A DNA stretch of 38,984 nt from contig DAOMFD010000003.1 in NCBI GenBank assembly GCA_035429605.1, forward strand, positions 1 to 38,984, in the 5' to 3' direction. A program made the translations under genes and the position numbers. Positions 14,673 to 23,865 of this stretch are shown one piece after another (position 1 is the first letter of the stretch; every line of letters begins with the position of its first letter). The stretch is from Steroidobacteraceae bacterium. GTDB taxonomy: Bacteria > Pseudomonadota > Gammaproteobacteria > Steroidobacterales > Steroidobacteraceae. The notes beneath the pieces are model-generated. The model was given only the letters and a program-made list of their open reading frames with translations, was not told the DNA's origin and made no database searches.

Positions 14673-15751
14673 CGCAGCTTCAGGGTCGCCAGCCCGATCA
14701 GCACGAGGATCACGGTGATGATCCAGAAGCGCACGATCACCTTCGGCTCGGCCCAGCCCTTGAGTTCGTAGTGGTGGTGGATGGGCGCCATGCGGAAGAT
14801 GCGCTTGCCGCGCAGCTTGAAGGAGCCCACCTGCAGGATGACGGAGACGGTCTCCATCACGAACACGCCGCCCATGATGAAGAGCACGATCTCCTGCCGG
14901 ACGATGACGGCGATGACGCCGAGCGCGGCACCGAGCGCGAGCGCCCCGATGTCTCCCATGAACACCTGGGCCGGGTAGGTGTTGAACCACAGGAAGCCGA
15001 GGCCCGCGCCGAAGATCGCCGCGCAGATCACCAGCACCTCGCCGGCACCGGCGATGTAAGGGATGCCGAGGTAGTTGGCGAACACCACGTTGCCCGACGC
15101 GTAGGCGAACACGCCGAGTGCTCCGGCGACCATCACCGCCGGCATGATCGCCAGCCCGTCGAGGCCGTCGGTCAGGTTCACGGCGTTGCTCGTGCCGACG
15201 ATCACGAAGTACGCGAGCACGATGAACAGCGGGCCGAGCGGCAGCACGAAGCTCTTCACGAACGGCACGATCAGCGTCGTCTCGGCCGCCGTGCGCGCCG
15301 TCAGGTACAGCGCGATCGCCGCACCGAGCCCGACCACGGTCTGCCAGAGGTACTTGTAGCGCGCGATCAGCCCGCGCGAATTGCCGACCACGAGCTTCAG
15401 GTAGTCGTCCCAGAAGCCGATCAGGCCGAACGCCACCGTCACGCCGAGCACGATCCACACCAGGCGGTTCGCGAGGTCGGCCCACAACAGGGTTCCCACG
15501 ACGATCGCGACGAGGATCAGCGCGCCTCCCATCGTCGGCGTTCCCGCCTTCGACAGGTGGCTCTGCGGACCGTCCGAGCGCACGCGCTGGCCGACCTGGC
15601 GCTCTGCGAGCCGGCGGATCATGCCCGGCCCGACCATGAAGGAAATGGTGAGTGCCGTGAGCGCCGCGAGGATCGCGCGGAACGTCAGGTAGTTGAAGAC
15701 GCGGAAGCCGGAGTAGTACTGGGCGAGCCACTCGGCGACGTGACGCAGCAT
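14669..15751 (-). CDS. mraY: Phospho-N-acetylmuramoyl-pentapeptide transferase
   Basis: The start is ATG at 15751 ([27 protein letters not shown]), 1 nt after the murF TAG. The 360-aa polytopic protein has the canonical MraY length. Confidence 0.95.
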   Translation of the reverse strand: MLRHVAEWLAQYYSGFRVFNYLTFRAILAALTALTISFMVGPGMIRRLAERQVGQRVRSDGPQSHLSKAGTPTMGGALILVAIVVGTLLWADLANRLVWIVLGVTVAFGLIGFWDDYLKLVVGNSRGLIARYKYLWQTVVGLGAAIALYLTARTAAETTLIVPFVKSFVLPLGPLFIVLAYFVIVGTSNAVNLTDGLDGLAIMPAVMVAGALGVFAYASGNVVFANYLGIPYIAGAGEVLVICAAIFGAGLGFLWFNTYPAQVFMGDIGALALGAALGVIAVIVRQEIVLFIMGGVFVMETVSVILQVGSFKLRGKRIFRMAPIHHHYELKGWAEPKVIVRFWIITVILVLIGLATLKLR

Positions 15752-15752
15752 G

Positions 15753-17132
15753 CTAGTGGCCTCCCCGGCGCGGCGCGCCCTCGGCGGCCAGTGCATCGGC
15801 GACGCGCTCGAGGCGATTCGAGCGTGATCCCTTGACCAGCACCGTCACGCCGGACCGCAGGTGCGGCCGCGCGGCGGCGACCAGTTCCTCGACGTCGGCG
15901 AACCACAGGCCGCCCGCGCCGTACGCCTCGACCGCGCGGCGCGCATCCTCGCCGACCGCGAACAGGCGGCGTATGCCGCTCGTGCGGGCGAGATCCCCGA
16001 TCTCCTCGTGCAGGCGCGCCGAGTCCTCGCCGAGCTCGCGCATCTCGCCGAGCACCAGCCAGTGCTCGCCGGGCACGGTTGCGAGCGCCTTCAGGCCCGC
16101 GCGCACGGAGCCCGGGTTCGCGTTGTAGGAGTCGTCGACGAGGCGGGCACCGTTGAGCGCGGCGCGCAGTTGCAGCCGGCCCGCGACCGGACGCACGGAC
16201 CCGAGGCCGGCGGTGATCGCGTCGAGGCTGGCGCCGGCCGCCGCCGCGGTCGCCGCGGCCGCGAGCGCGTTCATGACGTTGTGCTCCCCGGCGAGCGCGA
16301 TGGATACGCGGGACCGCCCGAGCGGGCACGTGAGGTCGAAGTCCGTGACGAACCCGTCGTCGGCCAGGCGACACTCCACGCCGCCGGCCATGAAGTCAGC
16401 GTGCTCCCGGACGCCGAAGGTGACGATCCGCCCCGCTTCGCGCGCGAGTCCGTGCCAGAACGCGGCGTACCGGTCGTCCGCGTTGACCACCGCCGCACAT
16501 TCCACGCCGAGCGCCTCGAACATCTCGCCCTTGCCGCGCGCGACGCCTTCGATGCCACCAAAGCCCTCGAGGTGGGCCGGACCCGCGTTGATCACGAGGC
16601 CGACGTCGGGCCGCGCGATGGACGCGAGGTGCGCGATCTCGCCGCGATGGTTGGCACCCATCTCGATCACCGCGTAGCGGTGCCCCGCCTCCAGGCGCGC
16701 GAGCGTCAGCGGGACGCCGATGTGGTTGTTCAGGTTGCCCTGCGTCACCAGGCAGGGGCCGCAGCGGCCGAGAATCGCGCCGATCATTTCCTTGACCGTG
16801 GTCTTGCCGTTGCTGCCGGTGAGCCCGACCACCGTGCCGGAGAAGTCGTGTCGCCATGCGCGCGCGAAAGCCGTCAGGGCCTCGAGCGTGTCCGCGACCA
16901 CGACCTGCGGGACGGCCGCCTTGACCTTGCGGCTGACGACGGCACCGGCGCAGCCGCGCTCCGCGGCCTGCCGGACGAAGTCGTGCGCATCGAATCGCTC
17001 GCCACGCAGCGCGACGAACAGCTCGCCGCGCTCCACGGCGCGACTGTCGGTGGTGACGGCCCCGAACGCGGCATTGGCGCCGTCGAGCCTGCCGCCGGCG
17101 ACGCGCGCGAATTCGGCGAGGTCCCGGATCAC
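15753..17132 (-). CDS. murF: UDP-MurNAc-tripeptide--D-alanyl-D-alanine ligase
   Basis: GTG start at 17132, in a GTGA overlap with the murE stop. The N-terminus is [15 protein letters not shown] and the ligase motif [14 protein letters not shown] is present. Confidence 0.93.
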   Translation of the reverse strand: MIRDLAEFARVAGGRLDGANAAFGAVTTDSRAVERGELFVALRGERFDAHDFVRQAAERGCAGAVVSRKVKAAVPQVVVADTLEALTAFARAWRHDFSGTVVGLTGSNGKTTVKEMIGAILGRCGPCLVTQGNLNNHIGVPLTLARLEAGHRYAVIEMGANHRGEIAHLASIARPDVGLVINAGPAHLEGFGGIEGVARGKGEMFEALGVECAAVVNADDRYAAFWHGLAREAGRIVTFGVREHADFMAGGVECRLADDGFVTDFDLTCPLGRSRVSIALAGEHNVMNALAAAATAAAAGASLDAITAGLGSVRPVAGRLQLRAALNGARLVDDSYNANPGSVRAGLKALATVPGEHWLVLGEMRELGEDSARLHEEIGDLARTSGIRRLFAVGEDARRAVEAYGAGGLWFADVEELVAAARPHLRSGVTVLVKGSRSNRLERVADALAAEGAPRRGGH

Positions 17133-18676
17133 GCCTCGCTCCCCAGTGCGTCGAGCACGACCTTGCGATCGCTGAACGGGCGCACGTCGCGGCCGACGAC
17201 CTGGTAGTCCTCGTGGCCCTTGCCGGCGATCACCACGACGTCGCCGGCGTCGGCCTCCGCCAGCGCGTGGTGGATGGCCTCCGCACGGTCGGCGATCACG
17301 TGCGCGGCGTCCGGCTCGCGCATGCCGCCGAGGATCTGCTCGATGATCGAGCGCGAATCCTCGGTGCGCGGGTTGTCGTCGGTGACGACGACGACGTCGG
17401 CGCGCTGCTCGGCGATCGATCCCATGATCGGCCGCTTGCCCGGATCGCGATCACCGCCGCAGCCGAACACGCAGTACAGCCGGCCTCGCGCGTGGGCGCG
17501 CGCGGCATCGAGCACCTTGGCGAGCGCATCCGGCGAGTGGGCGTAGTCGACGAGCGCGAGTGGCTGTGCGCCGCCGCCGAACGCCTCCATGCGGCCCGGG
17601 GGCGGGGCGCACGTCGCAAGTGCGGCGAGCGCCTGCTGCAGCGGGACTTTCCACCCGAGCAGCACGCCGAGGACGGCCAGCAGGTTGTCCGCATTGAACT
17701 CGCCCACCAGGCGCGAGCGCAGCGTCCCGGCGCCCCAGCTCGACTCGACGTGCAGCGTGAGTCCCGCCGTCGTCGCACGCAGTTCGGGGAGCCGGATCCA
17801 CGCGCTGCCGGCCGGCGCCCAGACCTCGTTCGAGCTCGAATAGAAGACGCGCTCGATGGACGCATCGAGCCGGTCGGCGAGCGCGCGCCCGAACTCGTCG
17901 CGCACGTTGACGACTGCGCCGCGCAGCCCCGGGGTTGCGAACAGGCGCGCCTTGGCGGCGCCGTAGGCCTCGAGCGAGCCGTGATAGTCCAGGTGGTCGC
18001 GCGTCAGGTTGGTGAAGACCGCCGTGTCGAAGCGCACGCCATCGACCCGCCCCTGGTCGAGCGCATGCGACGACACCTCGATGCCCATCGTCTTCGCGCC
18101 CGCATCGCGCGCCTGCGCCAGGCGCCGGTGCACGTTCACGCAATCCGGGGTCGTGAGGCCGGCATCCACGAGCGCGCCCGGGCGGCCGTAACCGATGGTG
18201 CCCAGGTACGCGCCGCGGCGGCCGACCGCATCGGCGGCCTGCGCCAGCAGGTAGGCCGTCGTGGTCTTGCCATTGGTGCCGGTGATGCCCGCGACGGCCA
18301 GATCGGCGGACGGCGCCCGGAAGAACCGGTCCGCGATCGTGCCGACGCGCTGCGCGAGGTCCGGTACGGCCTGGACGACCACGTGCCCGGGCAGTGCCGG
18401 AACGTCCACGCCCGCCGCAGGCTCCCAGAGCACCGCCACTGCGCCGCGCGCCACGGCATCCGCGGCGTGCGCAAGTCCATGGGTGCTGCGACCGCGGCAC
18501 GCGAGGAACGCGCTGCCCTGGGTCGCGCCGCGGCTGTCCTGCGTCAGGCCGGCCACGGTCAGGTCGCGCGGCAGGCGCACGTCATCGCCGAGCAGCGTCG
18601 CCAGCGACGCGCGATAGACCGGAGGCAGCTCGGATTCAACCACGGCGTTCATTCCGCTCGATTGCCCATGGTTCAC
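17129..18676 (-). CDS. murE: UDP-MurNAc-L-Ala-D-Glu--meso-diaminopimelate ligase
   Basis: It carries GITGTNGKTTTAYL. The start is either GTG at 18676 (a GTGA overlap with the ftsI stop, matching the cluster-wide pattern) or ATG at 18652 (MNAVVESELPPVYR). The track ORF is overextended to 18934. Confidence 0.9.
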   Translation of the reverse strand: MNHGQSSGMNAVVESELPPVYRASLATLLGDDVRLPRDLTVAGLTQDSRGATQGSAFLACRGRSTHGLAHAADAVARGAVAVLWEPAAGVDVPALPGHVVVQAVPDLAQRVGTIADRFFRAPSADLAVAGITGTNGKTTTAYLLAQAADAVGRRGAYLGTIGYGRPGALVDAGLTTPDCVNVHRRLAQARDAGAKTMGIEVSSHALDQGRVDGVRFDTAVFTNLTRDHLDYHGSLEAYGAAKARLFATPGLRGAVVNVRDEFGRALADRLDASIERVFYSSSNEVWAPAGSAWIRLPELRATTAGLTLHVESSWGAGTLRSRLVGEFNADNLLAVLGVLLGWKVPLQQALAALATCAPPPGRMEAFGGGAQPLALVDYAHSPDALAKVLDAARAHARGRLYCVFGCGGDRDPGKRPIMGSIAEQRADVVVVTDDNPRTEDSRSIIEQILGGMREPDAAHVIADRAEAIHHALAEADAGDVVVIAGKGHEDYQVVGRDVRPFSDRKVVLDALGSEA

Positions 18677-20403
18677 CACGGATCCCCGGCCCGGACGAGC
18701 GTCGTCGCAGGGATGCCCTGCAGGTCGTCGGGCGGGATCGCGAGCACGCGCAGCGCGCCCGACATGACCGCCGCGAACACGGGAGCCGCGACCTCGCCGC
18801 CGTAGTAAGCCCCGGCGCTCGGCTCGTCGATGATCACCACCGCCGCGAGCCGTGGATTGCTCGCCGGCACGACGCCGCCGAAGATGGCGCGGTACTTGTC
18901 GGTCGAGTAGCCGCCCGTCTCCGACGCCTTCCACGCGGTGCCGGTCTTGCCGGAAACCTGGTAACCCATGATGGCCGCCCGGCGGGCGGTTCCGGCGTCG
19001 GTCACCACGCTCTGCAGCATGCGCACCAGTTCGCGTGCGACGGGTTCCGGCATGACGCGTTCACCCGCCGGCGGCGTATCCACGCGACGCAGGCTGACCG
19101 GACGACGGATCCCGCCTGCGCCGAGCACCGCGTAGGCCTGCGCGAGCTGCAGCGGCGTGACCGACAGCCCGTAGCCGTACGCCATCGTCGCCTGGGAGAT
19201 CGCGCGCCAGTGCTCGTAGCCCGGGAGGATCCCGGCCGACTCGCCGGGGAAGCCCGATCCCGTCACGCGGCCGAAGCCGAACGCGTCGTAGACGCCCCAC
19301 ATCTCCTGCGGCTTCAGGGTGAGCGCGATCTTCGCCGCCCCGACGTTGCTCGACTTGGCGAGCACCGTGGTCACGTCGATCGTGCCGAGGTTGTTGTGGT
19401 CCTTCACGGTCTTGATGCCGACCCGCATGATCCCGGGCGAGGTGTCGATCAGCGTGTCCGCGTGGAAGCGCCCGGTCTCCATGCCGGCCGCGACGACGAA
19501 CGGCTTGATGCTCGAGCCCGGCTCGAGGAAGTCGTTGGTCGCGCGGTTGCGGTACCGCGACGGCAGGTACTGCTCGCGGTCGTTCGGATTGAACGCCGGC
19601 TGGTTGACCATGGCCAGGACCTCGCCGGTGGCGATGTCGAGCACGACGATCGAGCCGGCGATCGCGCGGTTCGCCTGCACGGCCGCCTTGAGCTCGCGGT
19701 AGGCGAGGTACTGCACGCGCAGGTCGATGCTGGTGCGCAGGTCCTGGCCCGGGCGCGGCGCGCTCAGTTGCTCGATGTCCTCGATCGTCCGGCCGAGGCT
19801 GTCGCGCATGACGATCTTTTCGCCCGGCACGCCGCCGAGCCACTGGTCGTAGGCGAGCTCGAGGCCTTCCTGGCCGACGTCGTCGACGTTGGTGAACCCG
19901 AGCAGGTGACCCGTCACTTCCCCCGCCGGGTAGTAGCGCCGGTACTCGCGCAGCGTGTCGACGCCCGGGATGCCGAGTGCCCTGACCTTCGCCGCATCGG
20001 CCGGACGCATGTGCCGCACCAGGTAGATGAATTCCCGGTCGAGGCTGCTGGTCACGCGGCGCGCGAGCCACTGCGGGTCGCGATCGAGCGCCTTGGCGAG
20101 GCGCGGGAATTCCTGCGGGACCTCGGCGAGCTTGCGCGGGTCGGCCCACACGGTGTCGACGGGCGTGCTGACCGCGAGTGCCTCGCCGTTGCGGTCCAGG
20201 ATCATCCCGCGGTTCGCCGACAGCGTGGCCTTGCGCAGGATGCGCGCGTCGCCCTGCTGCTCGAGGAACGCCTGGTCGACCACCTGCAGGTACACGGAGC
20301 GCGCGAGCAGCGTGAGGCCGGCGGCGGCCAGCGCGCCCAGCACCAGCCAGTGGCGCCAGGGCTGGCGGCCGGGGCTGCGGTCCCGTTTCGAGTCGCGGAT
20401 CAT
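18673..20403 (-). CDS. ftsI: Division-specific class B penicillin-binding protein (PBP3)
   Basis: The start is ATG at 20403 (MIRDSKRDRSPGRQPWRHWLVLGALAAAGLTLL), in an ATGA overlap with the ftsL stop. The transpeptidase motifs SSIK, SSN and KTGT are all present. Confidence 0.93.
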   Translation of the reverse strand: MIRDSKRDRSPGRQPWRHWLVLGALAAAGLTLLARSVYLQVVDQAFLEQQGDARILRKATLSANRGMILDRNGEALAVSTPVDTVWADPRKLAEVPQEFPRLAKALDRDPQWLARRVTSSLDREFIYLVRHMRPADAAKVRALGIPGVDTLREYRRYYPAGEVTGHLLGFTNVDDVGQEGLELAYDQWLGGVPGEKIVMRDSLGRTIEDIEQLSAPRPGQDLRTSIDLRVQYLAYRELKAAVQANRAIAGSIVVLDIATGEVLAMVNQPAFNPNDREQYLPSRYRNRATNDFLEPGSSIKPFVVAAGMETGRFHADTLIDTSPGIMRVGIKTVKDHNNLGTIDVTTVLAKSSNVGAAKIALTLKPQEMWGVYDAFGFGRVTGSGFPGESAGILPGYEHWRAISQATMAYGYGLSVTPLQLAQAYAVLGAGGIRRPVSLRRVDTPPAGERVMPEPVARELVRMLQSVVTDAGTARRAAIMGYQVSGKTGTAWKASETGGYSTDKYRAIFGGVVPASNPRLAAVVIIDEPSAGAYYGGEVAAPVFAAVMSGALRVLAIPPDDLQGIPATTLVRAGDPW

Positions 20404-20675
20404 GGCTGGACGATGCGCAGGTCGGTGGCCTGCGGGATGACCATGTGGAGGTCGCCGCGGGCGACGCTCTCGACGCGGCCGTTGGTCGCCCACGTGCTCT
20501 GCTCGAGCTGCAGCTGTCCCCACTCGATGTCGAGGTCGTCGCGCTCCTTGGTGAGGCGCTGCAGCTCGTAGAAGCGGCTGCGCGCCTCGTGCTTGGCGAA
20601 GATGACGCCGAGCGCCGAGGCGAGCAGCGCCAGCCCGAGCAGCGACACCGCGCAGCGCCAGGCGACGGTGCTCAT
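20400..20675 (-). CDS. ftsL: Cell division protein FtsL
   Basis: 91 aa with a single TM segment followed by a coiled-coil region (LQRLTKERDDLDIEWGQLQLEQS). It sits between rsmH and ftsI with ATGA overlaps on both sides. Confidence 0.8.
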   Translation of the reverse strand: MSTVAWRCAVSLLGLALLASALGVIFAKHEARSRFYELQRLTKERDDLDIEWGQLQLEQSTWATNGRVESVARGDLHMVIPQATDLRIVQP

Positions 20676-21607
20676 GCGGCAAGCCTCTCGGCCACGCGCA
20701 GCACGGCGCTGCGCGCCCGCGGATTGCGTGCGACTTCCGCCTCGCCCGCCTCGATCGCCTTGCCGACGCGCTTCAGGCGCGGTCGCGCATGCGGCGGCAC
20801 CTGCGCGTCCGGCAGGCCTGCGTACACGGGATCACCCTGCTCCTCGCGCCGGATGTAGCGCTTGACGATGCGATCCTCGAGGGAGTGAAAGCTGATCACG
20901 CACAGCCGTCCGCCCGGCGCGAGCAGCCGCACCGCCTGCGGCAGCGCGGCCTCGAGCGCCTCGAGCTCACCGTTCAAGTGGATGCGGATCGCCTGGAACG
21001 TGCGCGTGGCGGGATGCTTGCCGGGCTCGCGGGTGGGAACGGCGGCGGCCACGATCCCGGCGAGCTGGCCGGTGCGCTCGATCGGGCGCTCGGCGCGTGC
21101 CGCGACGATCGCGCGCGCGATGCGGTTCGCGTAGCGGTCCTCGCCGAGCGAGCGCACGACCGCGGCGATCTCCCGTTCGTCCGCGCGCGCGATCCACTGC
21201 GCCGCGCTCTGCCCCGCCTCGTTGTCCATGCGCATGTCGAGCGGCCCGTCCTGCATGAAGCTGAAGCCGCGCTTCGCTTCGTCGAGCTGCGGCGAGGAGA
21301 CACCGAGGTCCATGAGCACGCCGTTCAACTCCCCTTCCAGTCCCGTCGCACGGACCAGCTCCTCGAGCCGGCCGAACGACCCCTTCACCAGCGCGAGACG
21401 TGGCTCCCCCTGGAAGCGCGCTGCACCGGACCTGATCGCCTCCGGGTCCCGGTCGATGGCGATCACGCGGCCTTGCGGCCCCAGCGCGCGCAGGATCGCG
21501 GCCGTGTGCCCGCCCCGCCCGAACGTCGCGTCGCAGTACCGACCGTCGGCCCGCACCGCGAGCCCGGCCAGCACTTCGTCGGGAAGTACCGGCGTGTGCT
21601 CCGCCAC
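20672..21607 (-). CDS. rsmH: 16S rRNA (cytosine1402-N4)-methyltransferase
   Basis: GTG start at 21607 (VAEHTPVLPDEVL...DATFGRGGHT), the classic MraW/RsmH N-terminus and SAM motif. Confidence 0.95.
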   Translation of the reverse strand: MAEHTPVLPDEVLAGLAVRADGRYCDATFGRGGHTAAILRALGPQGRVIAIDRDPEAIRSGAARFQGEPRLALVKGSFGRLEELVRATGLEGELNGVLMDLGVSSPQLDEAKRGFSFMQDGPLDMRMDNEAGQSAAQWIARADEREIAAVVRSLGEDRYANRIARAIVAARAERPIERTGQLAGIVAAAVPTREPGKHPATRTFQAIRIHLNGELEALEAALPQAVRLLAPGGRLCVISFHSLEDRIVKRYIRREEQGDPVYAGLPDAQVPPHARPRLKRVGKAIEAGEAEVARNPRARSAVLRVAERLAA

Positions 21608-21615
21608 GACCGCGC

Positions 21616-22071
21616 CTAGAGCGAGAGCTGCTCGAGCTCAGGAGGCAGTTCGCCCGTCTCCTCGCCCGCCTGCAGCCACGCCTCGCGGCGCGCGTTCCAG
21701 TGTTGCTCGTCCCAAAGCTCGAAACGGTTGCCCTGGCCTATCAGCGTGGCCTGGCGCGTGAGTCCGGCGTACTCGCGCAGCTTCGGCGGCACCAGCACCC
21801 GGCCGTGGGAGTCGAGCTCCAGGTCGGTCGCGTGGCCGACCATCAGCCTCTGCAGCCGCCGCGCCTGGGGATTCAGGCTCGGGAGCCGCATGAGCTTGCG
21901 CTCGATCTCTTCCCAGTCCGGGAGCGGGTAGATCAGCAGGCACCGGTCGGCCCGGTCGACGGTCGCGACCAGACGGCCCTCGCTGCGCTCGACCAGGGTG
22001 TCCCGGTATCGCGCAGGCATGGCCATCCGCCCTTTGGCGTCGAGAGTGACTTTGTTGGCGCCGCGAAACAT
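21616..22071 (-). CDS. mraZ: Transcriptional regulator MraZ
   Basis: 151 aa beginning MFRGANKVTLDAKGRMAMPARYR, with a duplicated SpoVT/AbrB-like MraZ pattern. It is the first gene of the dcw cluster. Confidence 0.95.
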   Translation of the reverse strand: MFRGANKVTLDAKGRMAMPARYRDTLVERSEGRLVATVDRADRCLLIYPLPDWEEIERKLMRLPSLNPQARRLQRLMVGHATDLELDSHGRVLVPPKLREYAGLTRQATLIGQGNRFELWDEQHWNARREAWLQAGEETGELPPELEQLSL

Positions 22072-22087
22072 TTCAGGTCGCTGATGG

Positions 22088-22120
22088 GCCCATCGCCCAT
22101 TTCATCCCACTTTGTCCCAC
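22088..22120 (-). promoter_or_regulatory. Putative MraZ operator: phased GTGGG-type direct repeats in the mraZ leader
   Basis: The minus strand reads GTGGGAcaaaGTGGGAtgaaATGGGCgATGGGC. Three boxes start at 22120, 22110 and 22100, exactly 10 bp apart, and a fourth starts at 22093. They lie just downstream of the predicted -10 and 17 nt upstream of the mraZ ATG. This matches the published E. coli operator layout of GTGGG repeats with 5-nt spacers. Confidence 0.6.
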
Positions 22121-22128
22121 CGCGGCGG

Positions 22129-22158
22129 AATATAGGTCGCGCGCGCGAAGAGAGTCAA
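22129..22158 (-). promoter_or_regulatory. Putative sigma70 promoter of the dcw cluster (Pmra)
   Basis: The minus strand carries TTGACT (22158..22153), an 18-nt spacer, and TATATT (22134..22129). The predicted TSS is near 22122. Confidence 0.55.
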
Positions 22159-22249
22159 CGGCCCAGGCAAAAGATTTTCCATGAGGCACAGCGACTTAGA
22201 CCCAGTCAGCTCACGGTCGCTCGAGGCCTCTAGGAACTATCGTTATTTT

Positions 22250-22262
22250 AATCAAATAGTTA
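22250..22262 (+). promoter_or_regulatory. IHF-consensus-like site in the AT-rich island upstream of Pmra
   Basis: AATCAAATAGTTA fits WATCAANNNNTTR at every constrained position and is preceded by a T-rich tract (cgttatttt). This is a motif match only. Confidence 0.3.
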
Positions 22263-22547
22263 CCGGAGTTTTCTGAAAACAACTTGAGATATCAGCTCCT
22301 GTGGGAGGAAACCGCTGGACCAAGGGATATGTTGGGGCGCCCGGTGCCGGGCTGGCGACCGCCGGCAATTCCATTGCCGGGTGTTGTGGGACGGCCGGTG
22401 CGTGACCGCCGCCCGGTTGAAGGCTCGGCGGCCTGCGATCGAGGTGGGACGCGGTGGGCGATGTCGCAGGTCCGCTACGCCCAGGGCGAGCCACCCATGG
22501 ACAGCCGCACGAAACTATTGACAGTCTCGCTTAATTGTGACTGCCGG

Positions 22548-22921
22548 AAGTGGGAGTCGGCCGATAAGCCGGGTTCTGTCGTGGGCAACCATCCATCTGG
22601 GACGCGCGTCGCCGCGCGCCTCGAGCGACCTACCCGGAAGCCTCCGCGAGCCGCGGGTGCGGGCCCGAAAGCCCGCGCGCTTCCCTATTTGGTCTTGCTC
22701 CAGGTGGGGTTTGCCGTGCCGCCGAATGTTGCCACCGGCGCGGTGCGCTCTTACCGCACCGTTTCACCCTTGCCGTCGCCGCATCGCTGCGGCGCTTGGG
22801 CGGTCTGCTCTCTGTTGCACTTTCCGTGGGCTCGCGCCCCCCAGGCGTTACCTGGCACCTTGCTCTGTGGAGCCCGGACTTTCCTCCGCGGAATACCGCG
22901 GCGATTGCCTGGCCGACTCCC
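22548..22921 (-). ncRNA. rnpB: RNase P RNA, bacterial type A (ends approximate to within a few nt)
   Basis: The minus strand contains the universal GGAGGAAAGTCCGGGCTCC (22887..22869), AGGGTGAAACGGTGCGGTAAGAGCGCACCGCG, and ACAGAACCCGGCTTATCGG (22579..22561). The P1 pairing is GGGAGTCGGCC at the 5' end with GGCCGACTCCC at the 3' end. It is colinear with the E. coli M1 RNA landmarks. Confidence 0.93.
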
Positions 22922-22927
22922 GCGTCC

Positions 22928-22933
22928 AGTATA
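22928..22933 (-). promoter_or_regulatory. Candidate -10 element for rnpB
   Basis: TATACT on the minus strand lies 6 nt upstream of the inferred mature 5' G at 22921. There is no convincing -35; that region overlaps the rsmI stop codon. Confidence 0.4.
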
Positions 22934-22956
22934 CCGCGGCGACCCCGCGAATCCGT

Positions 22957-23844
22957 TCATTCCTCGCGTTGCGCGATGGCGAGCGCCCGCTCGTAGAGTT
23001 CCTTGCGCGGTCGCCCGGTGATCGTCGCGGCGAGCCTTGCGGCCTGCGACACGGTCACCTCCGCGAGCAGCGCGCGCAGGATGCGGTCGGAATCCCGCGA
23101 ATCCTCGTCGCTCGATTGCGCCGCCCCGTGCACGACGATCACGATCTCCCCGCGCGCCATGTCCGGCTCGAGCGCGGCTCGACGCGCCAGGTCCGCCAGC
23201 GTCCCGCGATACGCACTCTCGAAGCGCTTGGTGATCTCGCGCGCGATGGCCGCGGTCCGCTCGCCGCCGAGGCATTGCGCGAGGTCCGCAAGCGCCTCCT
23301 CCAGCCGGTGCGGCGCTTCGTAGAACACCAGCGTGCGCGGCTCGGTCGCGAGCGACTCGAGCGCGCGGCGGCGCGCCGCGGCGCGCGCCGGCAGGAACCC
23401 CTCGAAGGCGAATCGCTCGGCCGGCAGTCCCGACGTCGAGAGCGCGGCGATGGCTGCACACGGACCCGGCACGGCCACGACCTCGACGCCCGCGTCGATC
23501 GCGGCGCGGACCAGCGGCGCACCGGGGTCGCTCACCAGCGGCGTGCCCGCGTCGCTCACGAGCGCGACCCGGGCTCCCGCCCGGAGCCGCTCCAGGACAC
23601 GCGGCACCCGTGAGCGCTCGTTGTGCTCGTGCAGGGATTCGACGCTGCCGGGCGGCCGCTCGATCCCGCAAGCGTGCAGCAGGCGCGCGGTGTGGCGCGT
23701 GTCCTCCGCCAGCAGCAGGTCCGCGTCGCGCAGCAGGTCGCGAGCCCTCGGGCTCAGGTCGCCGAGGTTGCCGATCGGCGTCGCGACCAGGAACAGTGCG
23801 CCGTGTCGCGGCCCCGCTATAGAATCCACCGGTTCCTTCGCCAC
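22957..23844 (-). CDS. rsmI: 16S rRNA 2'-O-ribose C1402 methyltransferase
   Basis: GTG start at 23844 (VAKEPVDSIAGPRHGALFLVATPIGNLGDLSPRA...AEDTRHT) with a GGAGG 8 nt upstream. The track ORF is overextended to 24018. It aligns by eye along its length with E. coli RsmI. Confidence 0.9.
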   Translation of the reverse strand: MAKEPVDSIAGPRHGALFLVATPIGNLGDLSPRARDLLRDADLLLAEDTRHTARLLHACGIERPPGSVESLHEHNERSRVPRVLERLRAGARVALVSDAGTPLVSDPGAPLVRAAIDAGVEVVAVPGPCAAIAALSTSGLPAERFAFEGFLPARAAARRRALESLATEPRTLVFYEAPHRLEEALADLAQCLGGERTAAIAREITKRFESAYRGTLADLARRAALEPDMARGEIVIVVHGAAQSSDEDSRDSDRILRALLAEVTVSQAARLAATITGRPRKELYERALAIAQREE

Positions 23845-23865
23845 GCGCGCATCCTCCGGGGCCCC

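Noticed and set aside
22263-22273. The 11-mer CCGGAGTTTTC in the rnpB-mraZ spacer is shared with the inner hairpin of the rapZ-mgtE element (37554-37564 / 37578-37588).
   Set aside because: A single 11-nt match within 39 kb on both strands is within chance expectation, and the flanks do not extend the similarity.
22252-23613. ORFs 22252..22494-, 22284..23021+, 22537..23613+ and 22751..23878- around 22.3-23.6 kb.
   Set aside because: They cross or lie antisense to the RNase P RNA gene or rsmI. Their composition is Pro/Arg/Ala-rich, and codon third-position GC is weaker than in the real genes here.
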